Part shown: one piece after another, positions 9,647 through 18,600 of the stretch
Numbering within the stretch: the first letter of the stretch is position 1
Layout of the letters: each line of letters begins with the position of its first letter
DNA from: Negativicutes bacterium
GTDB taxonomy: Bacteria > Bacillota > Negativicutes > UBA1444
Length of the DNA stretch: 64,000 nt
Direction: 5' to 3'
Assembly (NCBI GenBank): GCA_963665275.2
Contig: CAXXIN010000018.1
Span: 160,001 to 224,000, forward strand
Translations under genes and position numbers: made by a program
Notes under the pieces: model-generated
The model's input: the letters and a program-made list of their open reading frames with translations, nothing else
Told to the model about the DNA's origin: nothing
Databases searched by the model: none

Positions 9647-10283
9647 GGTTCAAAAAGATATTCTCTGTGAAATCATAAATATTTATATTGGACAAGCGGC
9701 CAGTTTGCTTTCCGACATGACGGGTCAGGAAATCCGTTTGAATGTACCACAGGTGATTCTTCTAACCGGCGCTTCTATTGAAGATCAATCCCCTGTTGCT
9801 GACGACATTTGGACTCAGGGACATATTGTTTCTTCTTCGATTCTATTTTCACAGGGACTTCATGGAAAAACTTTTTTGATGTTCCCTGCCTCACAGGCGA
9901 AGACGTTGGTCAATGCGTGTCTGGGTGAGGCGAATTTGGTTCATAGCGGAGAGGATTCCCGCGACTTGCTCGACACTGATTTTGACGTATTGAAAGAAGT
10001 GGCCAATGTCATTCTTAATTCCATTATGGGTGGATTTGGAGACTTACTGGATACTTGCCTTGAATATTCTGTGCCGGAAATCGAGATGCTTTTTGCGCTG
10101 GATAATGAACAACGGCAATTTTTATCGCAACAGACAAGTGTCTTACTTCTGAGAACCGAGCTGTTTCTCAAAGAGGAGTCAGTTCAGGGAATGATCCTCA
10201 TCGCATTTGGGATGGAATCCATTACTCTGCTGCTCGAAAAAATTAATGCAATGGCAGAAGGTGCTTCTGATTATGCTGGATGA
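9636..10283 (+). CDS. CheC-like phosphatase
   Basis: Two D-x3-E-x2-N motifs (DILCEIIN, DVLKEVAN); overlaps both neighbours. Confidence 0.85.
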   Translation: MLNEVQKDILCEIINIYIGQAASLLSDMTGQEIRLNVPQVILLTGASIEDQSPVADDIWTQGHIVSSSILFSQGLHGKTFLMFPASQAKTLVNACLGEANLVHSGEDSRDLLDTDFDVLKEVANVILNSIMGGFGDLLDTCLEYSVPEIEMLFALDNEQRQFLSQQTSVLLLRTELFLKEESVQGMILIAFGMESITLLLEKINAMAEGASDYAG

Positions 10284-11223
10284 ACTTGTTCTCGACCGGA
10301 TTGAAGTTGGACTGTTGTTGTTGGACTCTTCCTTGAAAATTATTAAGTGTAATCACTATCTGGAGAACTTGGCGAAAAAAACGCAACAAGAAATTCTGAA
10401 TCAACCGATTGATCAGGTATTTACACGTTTTGGCGTTCCGAGATATAAACAAATTTTGCTTGATTGTCTGACGCGGGGGCAGATTCGTTTTTGTTCGGGT
10501 ATGATGCATTCGGTTTTTGTAACTTCTGTCAATGTTCCTCAGTTGCATCAAAGCCGCCAAAATCTGCAGGTCCGACGGTTGGAAAGCAACGGCGATTTTT
10601 TTGTCTTATTACAAATTACTGATATCAGCGATCATTTTCAACGGGTGTTTCATCTCAAGCATCTGATTAAAGATTTGGGCGCTGATTATGAGCAGGCGAA
10701 AGCAACCGGCGAAAGTATGCGAAAACAGGCTTATTATGATCACCTGACCGGGGTATATAATCGTAATTTTTTTATGCATCAATTGCGTTATGAGATCAAA
10801 CAGACGGAACGAAACCAACGCCAAGTGGCAGTCCTGTTTTTAGATCTTGATGGATTCAAATCCGTTAATGACTCTTTTGGCCATTCTTCGGGCGATTTAC
10901 TGCTGCAACAGACCGCGGCGCGTTTGCGGGAATGTGTCAGGGGCACTGACATCATCAGCCGTTTTGGCGGTGATGAGTTCGCATTGATTTTGACTAATAT
11001 CGAGATGAAGGAAAATGTCATCAAGGTGGCGGAGAAAATTCGTAAATCTTTGTTCGTTCCGTATGACCTAGCGGGGATTCAGGTCTCCGTCTCCGCCAGC
11101 ATCGGTTGCAGTATGTATCCGTATGATTCGGTAGATCCGCAGGCATTGATTGATTTAGCGGATCGGGCCATGTACCAGGTTAAATTCGGCGGCAAAAATA
11201 GTGTGGCTTTTTATCAATGTTGA
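10273..11223 (+). CDS. PAS-GGDEF diguanylate cyclase
   Basis: DHLTGVYNR, FLDLDGFKSVNDSFGH, RGTD I-site, RFGGDEF, ADRAMY. Confidence 0.93.
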   Translation: MLDELVLDRIEVGLLLLDSSLKIIKCNHYLENLAKKTQQEILNQPIDQVFTRFGVPRYKQILLDCLTRGQIRFCSGMMHSVFVTSVNVPQLHQSRQNLQVRRLESNGDFFVLLQITDISDHFQRVFHLKHLIKDLGADYEQAKATGESMRKQAYYDHLTGVYNRNFFMHQLRYEIKQTERNQRQVAVLFLDLDGFKSVNDSFGHSSGDLLLQQTAARLRECVRGTDIISRFGGDEFALILTNIEMKENVIKVAEKIRKSLFVPYDLAGIQVSVSASIGCSMYPYDSVDPQALIDLADRAMYQVKFGGKNSVAFYQC

Positions 11224-11253
11224 TCTTGAGCGTTTGATATAGAAGGGTTGCCC

Positions 11254-11574
11254 ATGTCGGATGAGCGCAGGAACTTTACCCGGGTGCTTTTTCGCGTTTT
11301 CGCTGAAAGATACTATTAGGCGTGGTCGTCACCGGACAGGTAACTGATTTAAGCTTAAAAGGACTGTTTTTAAATACAGACAGGGTCATGGCGGTCGGTG
11401 AGAGGGTGGAAATGAAGCTGTGGTTGGCGGCGACCAATCCTCCGCTGGAATTTCATCTTCGGGCCGAAGATTTCTGAAGCAGATGCGCAGTCATTCACGC
11501 ACTTGCGCAATATTGTTGCCATGCAGGCCGATGACCCAGACCATGTTTTGGATGAACTGTTGCCCAAACATTGA
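11254..11574 (+). pseudogene. Disrupted stand-alone PilZ-domain protein (not in the ORF track)
   Basis: Three pieces across frame changes: MSDERRNFTRVLF (RxxxR); GVVVTGQVTDLSLKGLF...LEFHLRAE (DxSxxG); SEADAQSFTHLRNIVAMQADDPDHVLDELL. Confidence 0.8.
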
Positions 11575-11609
11575 CAGATTGCCTCGAAGAATGACGGAAT
11601 GTTACACCC

Positions 11610-11640
11610 AAAAGCTCGAAAGTCTTCGGGCTTTTTTGTT
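11610..11640 (+). terminator. Intrinsic terminator
   Basis: AGCTCGAA-AGTC-TTCGGGCT followed by a T tract. Confidence 0.75.
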
Positions 11641-11736
11641 TTTACAGAATTAATTGTTTATTGCAGGGAAAATATGAATCGGTGTAGAAAAAACTAGTAT
11701 CAGTTAAATCGCGGGATAGCGCCGGAGGGGAGAGGG

Positions 11737-13769
11737 TTGCCGCAAACGATCAAAAAGCTGGAGATGCGAGACTTTTTTTGCGTGCTCAGGACGAGTTGGA
11801 AGCTGAGCAACAACTTTTTAATGATTTGTTTGAATATGCTCCGGTCGGTTACATCGTTCTGAATTCAGAGGGACAGATTTGCCAAATTAATCCGTCGGGA
11901 GCTGCCTTGCTTGGAGAAGAGCAGGCGGATATGGGAGGGCAGTTTTTTGGTGGATTTGTGGCTGACGCGGATCATGGGACCTTTATTGACTTTTTGCAGA
12001 GGATTTTTCAAAGTGAGGCTAGGGAATCATGTGAGCTGGGCATCAACAACAGACGGGAGAGGCTGCTGTTCGTCCACATGGAAGGAATGGCAGCGGCGAA
12101 CAAGGAAGAATGCCGTGTTATTTTGAGAGATGTCACAGAAGCCAGGATCGTGAAGGAGTCAATGTCGTTCAATGAGGCCAAGTATAGGGCCCTATTTGAA
12201 AACCTCAGTGTTGCCTTCAGCTATCAGCAAATATTGAAGGATTCCGATGGGAAGGTTTGCGATTCGATTATCTTGGAAGCAAACTCCTTGTATTGTGCAA
12301 TGCTTGGCAAGACCTTGCCCGAATTTATCGGCAGGAAAAAAAGTGAAGTCGGCCTTTTCAGCCTGAGTTCGGATTTTGACTGGAAAACACTCTATCATCG
12401 AGGGCTAGAGACAGGCCATCCGGTAACTTTTGAATATTATGTCGATGCTTTGAAACGCTGGTTTCTGATCATTGCCTTTGTTCCCTCCCCTCAGCATATT
12501 GCCTTCATTTATCTGGATACTACAGAGACAAAAGAAAAAGAACAGCTCCTGATCGAAAGCGAAAAACGTTACCGTTCACTGGTGCGAGAAGCAAACGCCA
12601 TTATTATGATTTTAACCAACGACGGCGAAATTTCATTTATGAATGAGTTCGGTCTGGTTTTCTTTGGTTATCGTAGTGAAGAGCTAATCGGAAAATGCGT
12701 TTTTGGGACTATTGTTTGTCCAGAGAACCTAAAAGATAGGGACCCAAAGCAGCTTTTCAAGAAATTCAAAGCCAAAATCCAACGGCATCATCGGGGTCTG
12801 ATTGAAAGTGTCACAGTTTCGGGTCAACGTGTGCTGGTGGACTGGACTGTGCAGGAGTGCCAAAATTTTATCGGCGAAGAGGCTAGCTATGTCGCGGTAG
12901 GGATCGACGCTATCGACGCGAAAAGATCCCAGCGGGAGCTGGGAAAACAGAATGATCGAAACAGACGCAAGAGTTTATTTAATGACGGAATTAATCGAAG
13001 GATTTCTCAGTCGGAGCTCGTAGGGGCAGCCAAGCAGTTGGGGATACTATTGGTTCCGCCTTTTTCGTTCGTGCTGATGGATCTCGGAAAACTGAATAAG
13101 TCTGAGCATCAGGGGAAAATGGAAAACTTCATAGAATTGCTGCATCCATGGGATACGGGGGCTGCATGGCTGACCAGCGAAGGCGTCGCTGTCGTAAAAT
13201 CATTGCCGGAGTCCTCGGCCAAAGACGTGTTGAAAGTGGTTCGTGCTACTGCGGATGAAATATTGAATAAGGCGTCACAGTACGGATTTTCAAACAAAGA
13301 TATTCATATCGGCTGCGCCCACTCAACGCACCCGATGCAGTCCATTGCCGAGTTGTACGATCAGGCCTATGCAGCTCTCTCCTACGGGCCGGTAATCCAT
13401 GCCGAACGTCTGCTGCATCATTGGGACGACTTGGGGTTCTATCAGTTTATTGTCAAAGATCTGCAGACCGGAATGGCGCATCAGTTTGTGCAGGACCAAC
13501 TGGGACCGCTAATGCAGATGAACCGGACTGGCGCCAGAGACGAGCTGTTGGAGACGTTGCGTGAGATCGTTTCAGGAACGTCTGCCCAACTGATTTCGGA
13601 GCGGCTTCATATACACCGGCAAACCTTAGTTTTCCGTAAAAAAGGGTTGGAAAAAATTCTAGGTGTCGATCTGGATTCGGCAGAAGTTATTCTAAACATA
13701 GCAATCGCGATTAAAATGATGTCGATGTCGGAGCAAGAAAAGACCCCGACAGCATCTCGTTATTCATAA
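11737..13769 (+). CDS. PAS-PAS-PAS-CdaR/PucR-type HTH transcriptional regulator (copy 1)
   Basis: Three PAS-like repeats (LFEYAPVGY, KYRALFEN, KRYRSLVRE), HWDDLGFYQ, C-terminal SERLHIHRQTLVFRKKGLEKILGVDL. Likely TTG start at 11737 behind GGAGGGGAG, with a 1-base slip in the T7 run at 11773-11779; intact ORF from 11778. Confidence 0.88.
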
Positions 13770-13820
13770 AGGATAAAAACGCCTTGCTTTTTGAAGAGAA
13801 TTTTATCACAGCGCACGAAG
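13760..13820 (+). promoter_or_regulatory. Conserved cis motif, copy 1 (putative PucR-type operator/promoter)
   Basis: TTATT-N7-GATAAAA..CTTGCTTTTT..TATCA-N7-CGAAG; same pattern and spacing at 16278-16338. Confidence 0.55.
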
Positions 13821-13908
13821 GGGATATATCGTCCATTGAGGAAAATAGTTCACATCGGGATGGAAGGGGTCTTTGGTTGGCAGTTTTTTGATAGGGGAGG
13901 GGCTATGG

Positions 13909-14130
13909 ATGATTGATGTCACGGCGTCGCGGGATGGGGAAATACGGGAAATTGCGATCCGAGTCGGAGATGTTGTGCGGAAGAATCAAGAACTTATGCT
14001 GATTGGCTCGCCTGAATTGAGCACTTTAATTCTGGCAGTTGCAACAGGGAAAATTGAAAATATTCTTGTTAGAGTAGGGGATAAGGTCAAGTCAGGTCAG
14101 GTATTGGTCAAAATTGATCCCCAACCGTGA
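13909..14130 (+). CDS. Biotinyl/lipoyl-attachment-fold protein lacking the acceptor lysine
   Basis: VTASRDGEIREIAIRVGDVVRKNQELMLI-GSPELS-TLILAVATGKIENILVRVGDKVKSGQVLVKI; strong RBS GGGGAGGGG. Confidence 0.8.
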   Translation: MIDVTASRDGEIREIAIRVGDVVRKNQELMLIGSPELSTLILAVATGKIENILVRVGDKVKSGQVLVKIDPQP

Positions 14131-14201
14131 TGCGTGAGTTGCCCCAGCATTTGAATGAAAGCCTTTTCGCGATCTGATGGAATAGTGAGGAGGGCGTCCT
14201 G

Positions 14202-16257
14202 ATGAACGGAGACGCAAGTGTTCCCGATTCAGGTGTTTTTTTATCTCAAGAAAAAATGCACTTGTCCCGAGTGGAGTTAGTTGAAGGCTTGGAAAAATAT
14301 TCCGAAGTTTTTGGCTGTTATCTGATTCTCAACCGCGCTGGAGTTATACAATACATAAACCTGAAAGGCATCGATATTCTTGAGTCGGAAAGTTTACGCC
14401 AGCATGGATGGCGGTTAGATTGCTTCCTTTCGAAAAACGACCGCGTGGTTTTCAACGAATTTTTGATGCGGGTTTTCAAGAATCAGACTCAGGAACATTG
14501 TGAAGTTCTGTTGTTATCTTCTGGTGGCAGCACACTTTGGGTTCGTATGGAAGGCAAGGCCTCTAAGGAGGGGAAAGCCTGCCATGTGGTATTGATTGAT
14601 ATTACTGATCACAAGCAGATGGAGGTGTCATTGTCTGCTAGTGAATTCAAATATCGGGCTCTTTTTGCCAATATGAGTACAGCCTTTAGTTATCATAAAT
14701 TCATCCGCGATAAACACGGTAATACTTACGAGCCCATACTAATCCAGGCAAATGACGCGTACGGAACTATGCTGGGAAGGCCGGTTTGTGAAATTATCGG
14801 TAAAAAATGCAGTGAACTCAATGAAGCAGGGACGGCGCCGCTATTGGACTGGGAGCGGCTTTGCACAGACGTGGTGATCAAAAGCCAGCCAGCTTGTTTC
14901 GATTATTATGATACATCTCTCAAACGCTGGCTTTCAGTCATTGCCTACAGTCCAGCACCTGAACATATGGCGCTTGTATATGTCGATATCACCAAGACCA
15001 AAATTGCCGAAAAGCAGGTTGCGGAGAGTGAAAAGCGATACCGTAATCTCGTCCAGGGAACGGATGTTTTGATCATGATCATCAACGAGCGCTCTGAAAT
15101 CAATTTCATCAATGAATATGGGCTCGCTTTTTTGGGTTTCAGTGGGGAAGAGCTGCTTGGGAAATCGGTGTTTGACACAATAGTCCCAATATATGATACA
15201 CCGGGAAGTTCTATACAGGATGTTTTCAATAGATTCAAATCCCGGCCCGGACAAAAGCACCGGCATACTCTGGAAAACATTACCGGCTCAGGCGGCCGGG
15301 TTTGGATTGACTGGACAAGTCATTCCTTGAACGATCCCAAAACAGGAGAACATATCCTTATCTGTGTTGGAGTCGACGTAACTGAAAATAAGCGATCAGA
15401 GCAGGAGTCCCTGCGCCGGATGGCGCAACAGCGGCAAAGAGATTTCTTTAAACGACTCCATCAAACGGGGGATAGGTGTTGGAGAATGGTTGTCCGCTGC
15501 GAAGCTTATGGGTATTGAAATCCAACCTCCCTTTATCCTGTCTTTGGTTGAAATTCCTCCGCAACTTGTTGCACCTGGCGTTTCGGAACAGGTCCGTATT
15601 GAATGTCAGCATGCGATCGACAGCCTGATCGAGACACTGCAATATGTAGGAACGGGCGTGACTTGGCATGCTGCTGATGGGATTGCTATTTTGCGTCCAG
15701 TTCCCGGTCAAATTGAGTGTAGCCCTTCGGAACGATCACGGACTATTGCTGCAGACATAGTGAAAATAGCATCACGATATTGGAATGGCCTGCCTTTGCG
15801 AATGGGGATTTCCCGCTTTTCCCAGGATCAGAGCATCGCGGAAATGTATGCGCAGGCGCAGGCAGCAATAACTTACGGGCCAATCCTTCATCCGGACCAA
15901 TCAATTCATTGCTGGCATGATCTGGGTTGTTATCAGTTCATCCTAAACGATCTGGAATCGGAACAATCGCGGCGCTTCGTTAAGGATGCATTGGGGCCCC
16001 TGATGATTGAAAATTTCACGGAAGATCCCGGTGAGCTCCTCCTTACGCTGGGCGCGTTATTGACAGGAGATTCAGCACAGGTAGTTGCAAAAAAACTGCA
16101 TATTCATCCCCAAACCGTAGCTTTCCGCAAGAAAAAAATTGAAAAATGTCTAAACGTTGATTTAAATTGTATGGAAACCCGTCTCAAGCTTATGATTGCG
16201 ACGAGATTGTTGTCTTTTATGGAAAAAAATGTTCGAATGGCCCATCTTGTAGGTTGA
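14202..16257 (+). CDS. PAS-PAS-PAS-CdaR/PucR-type HTH regulator (copy 2), one frameshift near 15450
   Basis: ORFs 14202-15518 and 15490-16257 join by removing one A in TTTAAACGAC, giving DFFNDSIKRGI, which parallels SLFNDGINRRI in copy 1. HTH AKKLHIHPQTVAFRKKKIE. Confidence 0.85.
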
Positions 16258-16260
16258 TAG

Positions 16261-16311
16261 AAAAAGCAAGACCTGTTTTATCGTATTACGATAAAACAGG
16301 TCTTGCTTTTT
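16261..16311. terminator. Perfect 25-bp inverted repeat; bidirectional terminator overlapping the cis motif
   Basis: AAAAAGCAAGACCTGTTTTATCGTA-T-TACGATAAAACAGGTCTTGCTTTTT. Confidence 0.8.
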
Positions 16312-16338
16312 TGCCAAATACTATCATGATTATCGAAG
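16278..16338 (+). promoter_or_regulatory. Conserved cis motif, copy 2
   Basis: TTATC-N7-GATAAAA..CTTGCTTTTT..TATCA-N7-CGAAG. Confidence 0.55.
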
Positions 16339-16427
16339 AAAAGTGCGATGAGATATGGGAAAATGATAATAAAGCTATGTGTTACGAGCCAGCTCCAATA
16401 GACCAGATACGAAGGAAGTGAAACTAA

Positions 16428-16707
16428 ATGTGCGTGGTTCAGGATTATAACCAACTTGCAGAAGCGATACGTCAGGAAAGCGCGGGAAGTATTGGCCATT
16501 AGAGAGTTGGCGAAAGATCTTATAGTCGCTCTGACGGAGGCGAATGGAAACTCTTGCAAGAATGGACGTATGCAAGAATTTTTGAAACAAATTCAAAATT
16601 ATTATACGAGCAATTACCGACAGACTTCGTGTCTTGTTCCACTCATGCTGCATCAGAACGTCAGAGGTTACGCAAAAACGGAAAAGGGTGAAGGCTGTGG
16701 TTGCTAA
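16428..16707 (+). CDS. Small hypothetical protein (~92 aa), probable frameshift near 16500
   Basis: ATG at 16428 after GAAGGAAGTG (MCVVQDYNQLAEAIRQESAGSIGH), continuing in the +1 frame as RELAKDLIVALTEANG...; end overlaps the next gene's start. Confidence 0.45.
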
Positions 16708-18446
16708 TATAACGAAGCGCTTGCCGCGGAATGGTAATAATGCCAAGAAAGCGCCTGTGAAAGCGCGTTCAAACCATGAGCATTGTCAAAGCATACTTGA
16801 GCACCTCAATGCCTATATTTACAGCGTTGAATACTACAAAGGATTGATTAGGTCAATATATCACAGTCCCCAATGTCTGCAAATTACTGGATATAGCGCG
16901 GAGGAGTATTATCGTAATGATGAGCTCTGGCTTCGCATGATTCATAAGGAAGATTGCCCAATGATCCTGGAGTTCCTTCGCGATGTATGGGGTGACAAAA
17001 AAAGACTCCCGATTGAACACCGGATCATCCACAAGGATGGCACGGAGCGTTGGGGTGCTGAACAATTGCGCGGCGCAGCGCGACAGGAAAGGCAAGGTGC
17101 TACGCCTGGACGGGTCAATTCTCGATATCACCGACCTGAAGAATACGGAGGAAAAGACTGCGTTTCTTACCCATTATGATCCCCTTACCAAACTTCCCAA
17201 CCGGAATATGCTCAATAACCGGCTGGATAAAGCAATTAATGTGGCCCGACGCGAAAAGAAGGGATTGGCATTGTTGTTTCTGGATTTGGATAATTTTAAA
17301 TTCGTCAATGACTCGTTGGGACACGACATCGGCGATAAAATGCTGATTGAGATCAGCAAAAAACTAAATGCCCTTGTTAGAGGCGGCGATACGGTAGCTC
17401 GCCTGGGGGGCGACGAGTTTGTCATTGTGCTATGGGACTGTGGAGTGGACGGAGCGGCCCTCGTTGCTGAAAAGTTGACATCCTCCCATATAACAATAGA
17501 TGGTGCGGATTTTGCCGTCAGCATCAGTATCGGGATCAGTATTTTTCCAGAAGATGGACAAGACCGGCAGTTGCTGATCAAGCATGCCGACATGGCAATG
17601 TATCACGCTAAGAGAGCTAGCCGCGGCAGCTATCAGTTTTTCACGCCGGAAATGAACCGGCGGGTCAAGGAACGATTTCAGCTTGGGATGGAAATTCAGC
17701 GCGGACTAGAGCAGAATGAGTTTGTATTATTTTATCAACCCGTTGTCAGAATGCGTACAGGCAGAATCTGTGGGATGAAAGCTCTGGTTCGATGGATTCA
17801 TCCTCTGCGGGGTGTTATCCTGCCGGGGGAATTCATTTCTGTTGCCGAGGAAAGCGGACTGATCGCGCGACTCAGTGAATGGGCTGTAATCAAGGCCTGT
17901 GAACAAATCAAGATGTGGCAGCCACATGGCGGTAAAATCTCAGTCGCTGTGAAATTGTTTGATGACTGTTTTCAGGGCATCGGATTTGCCGAGGTTGTAC
18001 GGACTGTTTTGGAAAGAACCAAGATTTTACCTTCTTGCCTCGAATTGGAATTTACAGAAAACGCTATTATGCAAGACCCGCAAAAAGCCTATGACAACTT
18101 GACGAAAATGAAGGCAATGGGATTGAGGTTATCGATTGATGATTTTGGAACCGGCTATTCAAGCCTAATCTTTCTAAAGAAATTACCGGTGGATAAGCTG
18201 CGGATTGACAGTTCCTTTGTGCGCGAGATGGCGGAAGGTTTGGACGAGATGGCCTTGGTGCGGGCGATTTTGGGAATAGGGCATAGCATGAACGCTGTAG
18301 TGGTGGCTGAAGGAGTCGAAACCGCTTCCCAGTTCCATTTTCTTCGTGCTGAAGGCTGTGACGAGGGGATGGGATATTATTTCTGCCGCCCGATGCCTGC
18401 CAATGATGTTACGCCAATTTTGGAAAATGGGGTTGTGTTTTCGTAA
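16697..18446 (+). CDS. PAS-GGDEF-EAL protein with degenerate EAL, one frameshift near 17052
   Basis: PAS (WLRMIHKED..EHRIIHKDGTERW) joins VLNN... by removing one G from TGGGGTG. YDPLTKLPNR, RLGGDEF, DDFGTGYSSL, EGVET. Confidence 0.88.
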
Positions 18447-18466
18447 TCTGGCATCCATCGATTTAA

Positions 18467-18496
18467 TTGACACCCTCCTTGAATGTGTACTAAAAT
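18467..18496 (+). promoter_or_regulatory. Sigma-A-like promoter of lysA
   Basis: TTGACA-N18-TAAAAT. Confidence 0.6.
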
Positions 18497-18524
18497 AAAT
18501 ATCAGTTATGAATGCGTTAATAGA

Positions 18525-18565
18525 AGCGGAACGCTAGCTTATAGTTAGCGTTCACAGCTTTTTTT
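18525..18565 (+). terminator. Terminator-like hairpin in the lysA leader
   Basis: GAACGCTAGCT-TAT-AGTTAGCGTTC, then T7, located between the promoter and the lysA RBS. Confidence 0.6.
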
Positions 18566-18600
18566 ATTTGTGGCGTTGTGTCCATTGAAAGGGGAAAAAT

